A stretch of 64,000 nt of DNA from positions 1 through 64,000 of IMG/VR virus record IMGVR_UViG_3300050343_000199; one strand, given 5' to 3'. The notes below the pieces were generated by a model. It was not told where the DNA came from, ran no database searches, and saw only the letters and a list, made by a program, of their open reading frames with translations. Below are positions 36,281 to 46,300 of this stretch, one piece after another (the stretch's first letter is position 1; every line of letters begins with the position of its first letter). The position numbers and the translations under genes are program-made. This DNA comes from a virus.

Positions 36281-38510
36281 AAAGAATTCTCCAACCATAG
36301 AATGCTCCACAGAAAACAAGTTTAATTGATTGCCCATTTTTATTAACAACAAAAGGCATTCCATGCATATCTTCACCCCAATATTTACCAGTTGTATTGG
36401 TTGTTGGTAACCAATACACACTAGATCCATTTTGATCTCCAGTCCATGGAGCAGGTCCAGTTTGTTGAATTCCTTGTTCAAGGGAGGGGTAGATTACAAT
36501 CGGACAATTTGTAGCATTACCAGGATTATAATCATATGATGGATACCCAGGACTAAATGCATTCGGGAAAGTACCATCATCATTTCTATTAAGTTTTCCA
36601 GTACCAACATCCAGTATCGTAATAGTATCTCCTTCTCTGCACATATAATGGATTGGAAGAACAAGAGATCTAGGAATTAATGTGTTAACTGCGATAATAC
36701 TATTCAAGTGCTCGGCACCTAATTGTAGGTTTACACTGGCGTCGTGTTTATATAATGTTTTTCCAGCACCACCAATTCCAACCTTAGATGATTTATAAAC
36801 CATCATACCATTAGATCCACCAAAGGAAGCAATGACATAGTACAATCTTCCTGTAGCACCACTAGCGGTGACCGTTTTAAATACTAAATTCTCTAATTGT
36901 AATCCTGTTCCCGACGTATACGGTTTAACTACAATTTCTTGAATATCGTTTGTTAGAGTTGTAGTAGTTACGTAATTTCCACCATTATATCCAGGTTGCA
37001 CATTTCCATCATATCCAATAGTCAATTCATTAAAATAGTCAACATTTAGTGGATTTGTAAAAGTTAATTCAATAACTCCATTATCAATAGAACTAGCAAC
37101 ATTCAACCAAGTATCAAACCTTGCATCAAATGCCAATGATACTGGATCTGGATGATCTGGGGGATTTGCAATTGGAGGGAGATTACCTGCAGTGTCAGAA
37201 TATGCAGGCATATACTGAGGTAAATTATTCCGTGCAATATTGTGTCCGACGATGGAACTCCCGTCCCCCCAATTCAGAGGATCATCTCCAGTATCTCCAT
37301 AAGACCATTCACCTCCAATATTTGAATTTGTTACGTCAATAGTTGGTTCAGCATTTATCGGATCTTCCACATAAATGACTCCACTCATTTCAGAATGATC
37401 ACCACATTGATAATAATAAGTACCAGTAGCTGCTGGTGTCCAAGAAATACTAGCAGTTCCCTCTCCTGTAGCTGCTGGATTGCTTACACTTGCACCTCCA
37501 TCACTAACTCTGATGTATAAAGGATGAGATCCACTTAGAGCAGAAGTATCAAATGTAACTGTGTCTCCAGTATACATTTTAACGGGAACATCATTTCCAC
37601 CTACTTGGCCATATCTATCATTACCAGATAAAGTATAGTATTTGCTATATGTGGTATTAGTAGCACTAGGTACAGTAATATCAAATGTTTCTGGTGATAC
37701 TAAGACACTACTAGTACTGCTACCTCCGCCAGTTTGATCTGCTACCCAAGCATAATCAGTTCCATTCCAACTTAAGATTTCTCCGGAAGATGCACCACTA
37801 GTATTCAAATGTACATCAACACCAGCGTTGATAGTGGACTGTAGTCCACCAATAGATGCTCCACTAAAACTAATGGTACTATTTTGAAAGTCAATAGAAG
37901 TTCCTGCTGCAGTAATACTACCACCAACATCAAGACTCAAACTTTCAGCAGCAATCCTACCAGTAACATTAACACCCTGTGCGGAAGTTTCTAATCTTTT
38001 TCCGTTAGATCCATAATGCAACTCAACTGCGCCGCCATTGAGAATTGATATTCCGCCACTAGCACCACTACCTTTTAGATAAACATCATATGATGCAATA
38101 GTACTAGTATTGGGTTTAATAGTTAAACTTCCTGTTGTACCACTTACATTCCAGTCAAAGAAAACATCAGGATGTCCAGATGCATGTCCAGTTCCAAGTC
38201 CTAATCCTGTGTCATCTTTTAGTACAAGATAGTTTGTTTGAGAACCTGGATATCCAGACACACTAGCGTTGTATACAATGCCGTCGTTTGGAGTCCAATT
38301 GGTTCCATCATACGCAAAAAATTCACCAGTTGCTAAACCAGTTGTATCTACATTTCCGATCTCATTAATATCAGTTATACCACCACCGCCTTGGCCACTA
38401 ACAGAAGCATTCCAACTAACTCCGTTCCATTTATAAGTAACGTAACCAACTACGTGGGTAAAAGAACCATCAGTTGCTTGTCCCGTAGTTGATGGGAAAT
38501 TGATTGCCAT
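36276..38510 (-). CDS. 744-aa fibre protein (MAINFP type) with cupredoxin-like domain
   Basis: N-terminus shared with 32856..34670; YYQCGDHSEM; ends WRILS. Confidence 0.8.
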   Translation of the reverse strand: MAINFPSTTGQATDGSFTHVVGYVTYKWNGVSWNASVSGQGGGGITDINEIGNVDTTGLATGEFFAYDGTNWTPNDGIVYNASVSGYPGSQTNYLVLKDDTGLGLGTGHASGHPDVFFDWNVSGTTGSLTIKPNTSTIASYDVYLKGSGASGGISILNGGAVELHYGSNGKRLETSAQGVNVTGRIAAESLSLDVGGSITAAGTSIDFQNSTISFSGASIGGLQSTINAGVDVHLNTSGASSGEILSWNGTDYAWVADQTGGGSSTSSVLVSPETFDITVPSATNTTYSKYYTLSGNDRYGQVGGNDVPVKMYTGDTVTFDTSALSGSHPLYIRVSDGGASVSNPAATGEGTASISWTPAATGTYYYQCGDHSEMSGVIYVEDPINAEPTIDVTNSNIGGEWSYGDTGDDPLNWGDGSSIVGHNIARNNLPQYMPAYSDTAGNLPPIANPPDHPDPVSLAFDARFDTWLNVASSIDNGVIELTFTNPLNVDYFNELTIGYDGNVQPGYNGGNYVTTTTLTNDIQEIVVKPYTSGTGLQLENLVFKTVTASGATGRLYYVIASFGGSNGMMVYKSSKVGIGGAGKTLYKHDASVNLQLGAEHLNSIIAVNTLIPRSLVLPIHYMCREGDTITILDVGTGKLNRNDDGTFPNAFSPGYPSYDYNPGNATNCPIVIYPSLEQGIQQTGPAPWTGDQNGSSVYWLPTTNTTGKYWGEDMHGMPFVVNKNGQSIKLVFCGAFYGWRILS

Positions 38511-38535
38511 TTCTAAACCAGACTATCTGCTAATC

Positions 38536-38802
38536 TTATTTATTATAATATCCACGTGGATACTGTAATCCTTTATGTGGTCTTCTTCCTCTCAAGAAAC
38601 CATGTTCAACAGAATGATCTCCTGTAGCACCATCAGAAAGATTAGTGATTAAATGATTTAGGGGGTTAGTTGCTGTACTTTGAGATCTGGAAGTTCCCGA
38701 AAATACTGTAGGTACAACATCAGTATTTGTATTTGCAATTAATTGTACAGTTGAAAATCCAGATACCACACTAGTTAGATTTGAAAAAGTAAAATCTGCC
38801 AT
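38536..38802 (-). CDS. 88-aa small structural protein with basic C-terminus
   Basis: ORF track; ends FLRGRRPHKGLQYPRGYYNK. Confidence 0.75.
   Translation of the reverse strand: MADFTFSNLTSVVSGFSTVQLIANTNTDVVPTVFSGTSRSQSTATNPLNHLITNLSDGATGDHSVEHGFLRGRRPHKGLQYPRGYYNK
38537..38544 (-). promoter_or_regulatory. Late promoter AATAAATA overlapping the upstream stop
   Basis: About 27 nt before ATG 38510. Confidence 0.65.
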
Positions 38803-41171
38803 CAGGTAGTCCTCGCTAGGAATAGCATACCTTCACTAGAATTATTAGTCACTCCATCTAAACCAGTTTGTTGCGCTGCATATGATGCTTGGATAACCTC
38901 ATAAATTTCAGATCCACTTACTGTAACTGTATCACCTGGTCTGAATTCTGTTAGTCCTGGAGTTGTTGCTACTTGTAGCAACACAAAATCATCTGGTAGA
39001 TAATATGGGCAAGGAATCATTCTTTGTGAAATTGGAATAGTTTTGATAGGCTTGTAGTAATCTGCACTAGCATCCATACTCACATTACCGTACTTATCGT
39101 ATGTACTATTTCTGTAATAGATAGCTGTTGAATTATTCGTGCCCTCTTTAATATTATTATAATAGTCGTCATACACGTAGTGGTTATAACTGCCATCCCC
39201 TCTCATATATCCATAATAAGCATTTCTTGCCTGACTATACGAGGTCACAGGTTCATTAGATGTAGCACGATATGATGAATATCCACTGGTATAACCAGGC
39301 ATGTATGTCGTTACTCTCAATCCTTGAGTAACATTAGTCAAATACGAAGTATATGCTCCCAAGAATACCTCATCTAAATCAAATACATTATTACCATATC
39401 CATCACCTACATGAAAATTAAATACAGCAAAAGGTTCAGTTTTTTCATTGATTGTTTGAGTGAATTGAATAACTGCAAAATTTGTATCTTGCGGTGCTTG
39501 AGCTCTAAAGGTTTTAATCTGCATTGGATATGCAGTTGGAGTTGAAGATGTGCTTACAGTCAAAAAATCTACACTAGTAGTGATATTAATATCTTGTCTA
39601 TCTAATCCCATGTAACCAGTGAACGCTCCCCAATCATTTGTAACAGTAATACTAGTTGAAGATGATCCTCTGTGGTTTAAAAATTCCCATCCATTGCCAC
39701 ATTGTATTTTTAAAGTCCAAGCAGTGCTGGCACTACCCTCTAGGAATAACGAGTAAAATGTATTTCCATATTTTTTAGTGGCGTCGTTTTCTACATTAAG
39801 AACAGCAAAAGCACCTACACCAGATTTTTGGTAGAAATTAGATCCACCACCTAACGTAGTTACCTTGATACTAGCAATGCCATCATATGCATTATTAGAT
39901 GTTTCTGGGGTAGTAACACCAAATCTAATATCACCAGTTGTGGCAGTACCACCAACTAGTTCTCCTGGAATTGTAAATACTTCATCATCAGTCCACCCAG
40001 ATCCAAGACTGTGGATGGTGATATTTTTTAAATGATTATCATTGTAAGCTCCTCTCCAAACTCTCAACTTAAGTTCAGATCTTCCTCCAGATGCAGGTAC
40101 AGTATATTTGTAATACGGATCTGAATTTACTTGAGATGGAAGAGATGCATTTACATTACCAGGAAGAAGATTGATTACTCCTTTTGCAGTTGCAGTAGTT
40201 TCACTACAATAGATATACTTTCTAATACCATCTTCTCCAGGTCTTCCTACAAATGATGGATTGAGAAGGGATGCAGGATAAAAAGGTTCTGATTCTGATT
40301 GTGGATATGACTGAGTGTACCAAGTTAAATTAGCACCAGGAACACAACTAACATTAATAGTATTATTTCTGTAAGATATAGAAGTCTCATTATCGGGAGT
40401 ACTTCCATATGTCGCATCATTATAAACAATCCTTTGATCATTATCAAATGAATCTACATCTCTACATACAGTAATATTTGTTGCATTTCCAGAAACATTT
40501 TCAAATTCAATATTATCACCATAGTAAATATCAATAGTCGGATTGATATAATCGGATGCCTGTTGTGCTTCTTGCTGCCAAACTACAGGAAACTGGGAAT
40601 TAGATGTTGAATGACCATCAATATCAATTGCGATACCGTTAGTTGCATTAGATGCTGATGTTGCAACTTTAAATCTATCTCTACTAACGTTAATTATATA
40701 AACTAAAGTATCAGGTGCTAAATTAGTTCCTAATGTATATTGTGCATCAGTTTCTCCCGGAAGATATCGGACAGGATCACCTGTTTTTAAACCATGACGA
40801 GCATAAATGAGCTCATCAGTGGTTAGATCAGCCATATTAGCATAGTATGGTGCATAAGTATTAATGCCAAGTTTTTTTTCAACTTTATAGTCTGTACCAA
40901 CTTCAGTAACTTTATAACTTTGAGTTTGAATACTTCCCCAGCTAATCTCACCTTGATCTGCATTATTAGCATCTCTAAGAGATGCTAAATTTCCACGTAG
41001 AGTTGTACTATTTCCATCTGGAGCCACACAAATTTGAGGAACGCCAGTTACAGTTGATCCTGCATTCAATCCTAGATTACCCAATGCAGTTTCAAGAGCA
41101 TCCATTAAATTTTGTTTTGTCCATCCAGAGTTGCCATTGTTGACATCAACAACTGATTTTAAAACTGACAT
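38802..41171 (-). CDS. 789-aa virion structural protein
   Basis: ORF track; C-terminal PCPYYLPDDFV...GDTVTVSGSEIYEVI. Confidence 0.85.
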   Translation of the reverse strand: MSVLKSVVDVNNGNSGWTKQNLMDALETALGNLGLNAGSTVTGVPQICVAPDGNSTTLRGNLASLRDANNADQGEISWGSIQTQSYKVTEVGTDYKVEKKLGINTYAPYYANMADLTTDELIYARHGLKTGDPVRYLPGETDAQYTLGTNLAPDTLVYIINVSRDRFKVATSASNATNGIAIDIDGHSTSNSQFPVVWQQEAQQASDYINPTIDIYYGDNIEFENVSGNATNITVCRDVDSFDNDQRIVYNDATYGSTPDNETSISYRNNTINVSCVPGANLTWYTQSYPQSESEPFYPASLLNPSFVGRPGEDGIRKYIYCSETTATAKGVINLLPGNVNASLPSQVNSDPYYKYTVPASGGRSELKLRVWRGAYNDNHLKNITIHSLGSGWTDDEVFTIPGELVGGTATTGDIRFGVTTPETSNNAYDGIASIKVTTLGGGSNFYQKSGVGAFAVLNVENDATKKYGNTFYSLFLEGSASTAWTLKIQCGNGWEFLNHRGSSSTSITVTNDWGAFTGYMGLDRQDINITTSVDFLTVSTSSTPTAYPMQIKTFRAQAPQDTNFAVIQFTQTINEKTEPFAVFNFHVGDGYGNNVFDLDEVFLGAYTSYLTNVTQGLRVTTYMPGYTSGYSSYRATSNEPVTSYSQARNAYYGYMRGDGSYNHYVYDDYYNNIKEGTNNSTAIYYRNSTYDKYGNVSMDASADYYKPIKTIPISQRMIPCPYYLPDDFVLLQVATTPGLTEFRPGDTVTVSGSEIYEVIQASYAAQQTGLDGVTNNSSEGMLFLARTT

Positions 41172-41175
41172 CTAA

Positions 41176-43326
41176 TTATTCTCCGATCTGTAGTGCTGTT
41201 AGTGTTACGGTAACCGTGGATGCGGATCCACTTCTATTTGTTACTGAAAGATAAATTGTAGTTGTTCTAGGACTATCATTATTGAATCCCATAATACCAG
41301 GAGTAATTAATATAGATTCTGCTGTAGTAGTTCTTACTTCAGCAATAACACCACTACCAGGAGAAGGATCTGCTCCCTCACTTCTAGTTTGATCAGCATC
41401 TCTGGAAGCATCATCAGTATATACTCTGACCCATGCTGCAGCGTCAACTTCAATCTTAAATAATGAATACGCTTTGTAACCTGTAATATTTAGTTCTGCG
41501 GTTGCGTCATCAGCGAGTGATGATGTAGTACCTGTAAGATCTTGAATCTGTGGTACGCTAGAACCGCCTGTAGCAGTGAGAACACCTGCAGCATCAATAG
41601 ATAAACCAGAACCAATTTTAATACCACCCAGTGTTCCTGCTGCAGCGATTGGCAGTGTATAACCACCAGCAACAGCAGAGATATTTCCACTACCATCTAC
41701 TGTAATAGTAGTACCATCAGGAATTACACCACCAAGTGATGATGCTGATGCTGCTGGTAATGTATATGCAGATGGAATAGATGGTTTGTTAAGGATCTGT
41801 GCTAATCCAGAAGTAGCATCCCAATCTGATTGAACTGGAGCAATGCTATTAATCGTAACTTTTTTATTAGCACTATCCCAAGTAATATCAGTTCCATTGC
41901 TTCCCGTAAATTCAATGGTGTCATCATTATTAGCAGCATCACGCAATGTAAGAATTGCATTGTTGCTGGTTGTATTTGAACCAAGTAAATCGTAGGTAGT
42001 GCCTCCACCACCTCCACCACCAGTTACTACAGCATCAATACTATTATTATTGTCATCATATGTAAAAGTAATACCAGTATGAGTTCCATTACTGAATAAC
42101 AGTGCTGCAGCATCTTGTGCATCTTCTGTTGTATATGATCCACCACTAGCACCAGATGGTGCTCTGAAGGTGAGTGTGTTAGCATCGGTTCGTTCTACAA
42201 GTAGACCGTCAGCACCAGCAAATGTAATCTCATCAGTAGTTCCAGCATTATCAGTTAAAGTAAGTTTAGAACTTGCTGCTCCTGCCGCAGTTTCTGCAGA
42301 AATAGAATATGTAGAGTTTGCAATGTCTGCAGTCAAATCAATCTGAATCTCATCACTAGAATCGCTAATTGCTAGTCCAGTTCCTGCGACTAAAACAATT
42401 TGATCTGTAGTACCGCTAGAATCTTCAAGACGAATTATTTTTCTTGCAAGATTCTCTGCCGTAGTTCCTGTAGTAAAATCAACAACGTTAATATTATAAG
42501 TAAGTTGAGTATTACCTAGAAGTGTTGCAAAATCTGAAGATGTGGTACTATTTGTAGTTACTAATCTTTGACTGGTCCAACTTACTCCATTGGAGTAATA
42601 CATTATTCCCGTATCATCTGCATATGCAAATTTACTTTCCGAATCTGCTACTGCAGGGAATGATGCTACATCAGCATATAGAATTGATGGAGATCCTCCT
42701 CCACCGCCACCAGTAATTCCTCCTGCCGGAGATGCGTCAACCCATTGATTACTATCAGAATCTGAAAAATATACTTTTAATGTCCCACTATCACTCTTCC
42801 ACCACAAATCGCCATTAACCGGATTTGCGGGAGGTACATCTGCTGTTAATACTTTTGCACTAGTAGCGGATGCAGAGGTAGGACTAGCATCTACCCATTG
42901 ATTTGTATCCCCATCTTCATAATAAACTTTTAATACACCACTATCACTCTTCCACCAAAGTTCACCATTAGATGGATTTCCCGGTTGATTATCTGAAATT
43001 GCAATAGTGGACTTTAATAAGTACCCTGCTTGAGCATGATTACCCCACAAGAATGCACTGTCCCAGTTGGCAATTCTTAAATGCGTTACTGAATAAGCAG
43101 GAGATGCTGAAAATATAGGATCACTTTCTTGAAAAGTTGAGGTAAACTGATATGCAGAATTCCAATCACTAATATTTTGTGTAGTTACAGCCGAAGCTGC
43201 AGATGCTGTAAATATTGGATCAGTTTCCGAACCAATAGAAAGTGCGTGCAGATCAGCAGCGAGTAAGTTAATCTCTTGTCTTTGCTGTTCCAGACTAAAA
43301 GTTTTAGCTACATTCCTTAATACCAT
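41176..43326 (-). CDS. 716-aa fibre protein (MVLRNVAK type)
   Basis: N-terminus shared with the 1361-aa fibre; two LWW.SD.G.LKVY...QWVDASP modules; LP.A...LGG repeats. Confidence 0.8.
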   Translation of the reverse strand: MVLRNVAKTFSLEQQRQEINLLAADLHALSIGSETDPIFTASAASAVTTQNISDWNSAYQFTSTFQESDPIFSASPAYSVTHLRIANWDSAFLWGNHAQAGYLLKSTIAISDNQPGNPSNGELWWKSDSGVLKVYYEDGDTNQWVDASPTSASATSAKVLTADVPPANPVNGDLWWKSDSGTLKVYFSDSDSNQWVDASPAGGITGGGGGGSPSILYADVASFPAVADSESKFAYADDTGIMYYSNGVSWTSQRLVTTNSTTSSDFATLLGNTQLTYNINVVDFTTGTTAENLARKIIRLEDSSGTTDQIVLVAGTGLAISDSSDEIQIDLTADIANSTYSISAETAAGAASSKLTLTDNAGTTDEITFAGADGLLVERTDANTLTFRAPSGASGGSYTTEDAQDAAALLFSNGTHTGITFTYDDNNNSIDAVVTGGGGGGGTTYDLLGSNTTSNNAILTLRDAANNDDTIEFTGSNGTDITWDSANKKVTINSIAPVQSDWDATSGLAQILNKPSIPSAYTLPAASASSLGGVIPDGTTITVDGSGNISAVAGGYTLPIAAAGTLGGIKIGSGLSIDAAGVLTATGGSSVPQIQDLTGTTSSLADDATAELNITGYKAYSLFKIEVDAAAWVRVYTDDASRDADQTRSEGADPSPGSGVIAEVRTTTAESILITPGIMGFNNDSPRTTTIYLSVTNRSGSASTVTVTLTALQIGE

Positions 43327-43357
43327 TGATATTACGCTACTGGGACAGTCTTTTGAT

Positions 43358-43365
43358 TATTTATC
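43358..43365 (-). promoter_or_regulatory. Late promoter GATAAATA overlapping the upstream stop
   Basis: About 30 nt before ATG 43326. Confidence 0.65.
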
Positions 43366-46300
43366 ATACCTTCATAATGTATGCCAATGCATAATATGGA
43401 GGTCTATTTTCGTGTGCAGTTCCATTTCCAGTAGATCCAGTATCACCACTTCCACCATCATCAATAACTCCCGAAGCTTGATTTGTACCTGGTGAAGAAG
43501 TACCAGTTGAACCACTAGAACCTCCAGTTTCTCCTGGACCACCCTGATTAGTTTGACCACTAATAGACACATTAACTGAGTGTAAGTGAGTTGTGTCTGT
43601 TGCTGCTCCCGTATTCCTTGGGGAGTAATCACCTGTATAATTAGTTCCAAGTGCCAGACCAGAACCAGTTCCTACAGTTCCGGTAATAGCATGTGTATGA
43701 GGAACTGCTGTGTTACCAGTATTACCGGTAGCACTACCACTAAAGTTATGCCAATGATCTCCAACACTATGAGTATGATTTCCGATATTATGAGAATGAC
43801 TATCTACACTATGACCATGATTTCCGATATTATGAGTATGGGCAGAAATAGTATGAGTATGTGAAGGTAAATCTGACGTTGTTAGAACTACACTTTCACT
43901 ACCACCAGTATCTCCAGTACTGTAAGTTCCTCCAGAACCTACAATAAACATTCCTCTTAAATCTGGAGTAGCACTACTTCCAACCGTTTGACCATTACAT
44001 AATGCCCAACCAGATGGAATGCTACTTGCAGAACCAGACCACATCACAATAATTCCATTTGGAATTGATGCACCTCCACCTTGAGTCAAGGAAGTAATTT
44101 GTCCTTGACCGTTTACTACAATTTGGTCTGGATTATTATACGTACCTGCTACAACACCAGTATCTGCTAATTCTATAGTCCCACTAGATGTAATAGGACC
44201 GCCACTAATTCCTGTTCCTGTGTCTATCTGAGTAACTGTTCCACTACCACCACTACTACTTCCTCCTGCACTATCAATAGTAAATCCAGCTGAAGATACA
44301 TTACTAAATGTAATATTATTTCCAGCATTCATTACTATACTAGTAGTACCTGACGCACCACCCGAAACTGGAATGGAAAGAAAATTCAATTGAACAGATG
44401 TAGATCCTCCAATCAACTGTTGCGAATAATTATTAGTGCTGTATCCTGCTTGAGAATGATCACCCCATCCATATGCAGTATCCCATTCAGTTGCATTTGC
44501 AATTTGAGATTCATTTGCTAATGGAACCCAAGCACCTGCATGTGCAAAATATCCTTTACCAGTTCCATGTACATGAGCAAACATGCCATGATAAGATGAT
44601 GCACTCGGAAGATCTCCAGTAGTGGAGAATACGTTCGCAAAATATACTTTACCAGTTGTATTAATATCCCTAGTTGTTGTTGCACCTCTAGAAAGAACAG
44701 TATCTAGAGTATCAGATTCTGTACCTCCACTGCCACCACCACTACTACCGCCATATACTGCAGTTGGAGTCAGTAATAATCCGTTTGATTTAACACCGGA
44801 AATTGAAATATTTAAATTGGTAGTTGTAGTTGAAACTTTAAAACTACCAGCAGTCCCAGAAGTAAGAGTAACCCAACCACCAGTAGATCCTACCGCTCCA
44901 CTTACATCCGGAGTAACAGTTACACCATCTACTTCATACGTGTAATTTGCAGTATCTGCATATCTAACAAAAATTTCTACAGGACCATTAAGTATGGGGA
45001 GATTTGCACCATTAGCAGTATTATCCCATCCTATGTAATCTGCACTTGTAGTTTCTACTTTTGACCAACTAGTCAAATTTCCATCAAACATTTGATCTGA
45101 AAGGTCGCTAGAATACCATCCAGAAAATACTACACCATCTGCCCACTGATATGTTGTTCCTGAACTACTACCGCCACTAGATTGTGCTACCCATGCATAA
45201 TCAGATCCATTCCAACTTAATACATGACCATTAGTTGGAGAAGATGTTACATTTAAATGTGAGTCAACATCAGAATTTGTATATGCTGCAGGGATATTAG
45301 TTAGATCATTATAACTTCCAGAAAATAATGTGGGTTTATCAGTTAAATCATTATAGCTTCCAGAGAATGTAGAGTATCCTGAAAGGTCTGGAGGTGTATA
45401 TGAAAATAATCCTGTGGTATTATTGTATGATAAATCTGCCGTACCTACTGAAAGTATATTGACTGATAAATCATCTAGTTCAATAGGATTACCAGAACTG
45501 CCACCAGAAGCAGTTGTACAGTATATAAAACATAATGAATAATACGGAGGGAGATTTGTACCGACAGCAGATATACCTTCAGATCCGGTATTACCACTAA
45601 GACTTACATTAACACTAACATTATGACTATGACTTAGATTTGAACTATTTGTACTTCCAGTTATGCTTACATTATGTGAGTGTGATCCTGCATCAGAAGT
45701 ATCTGCACTTTTATTTCCACCACCATTACCTTGAGGATTATCTAATGCATCAGCATTACTACCACTCTGTACTGACCATGTATTAGCACCCCATCTATGA
45801 TCGTGACTTCCGGTGTTATTTGTACTACCAGAACCAGAAACATTATGAGAGTGATTACTTAATTGACTATTAGTAGTACCGTTTGAAGTACCACTACCAG
45901 ACCAAGTATGTGTATGAGATGGTAAAGCAGAATCTTTACTACCACCAGTATCTCCTACTGGATAAGTACTACCAGCACCTATAACAAATCTATCTCTTAA
46001 ATCTGGAGAATTGCCGCTGCCATCACAAAGTTGCCATCCAGTGGGAATATCAACGATAGCCCCAGACCACATCATAATAGACCCTACGGCGACATTACCG
46101 CCACCACCTGATGAACTAGATGACGTTCCGCTATTTTGGTCAGCACCTAGTTCCCATCTACTATTTGTACCATTATATTTAAGAACCGCTCCATCATTAG
46201 GAGTTCCTGAAATTAATACATCAATTAAATCATTTAATGACGAAGGGATTGTCGGTTTATTAGTTAAATCTACGTAACTTCCAGAAAATAATGTAGGTTT

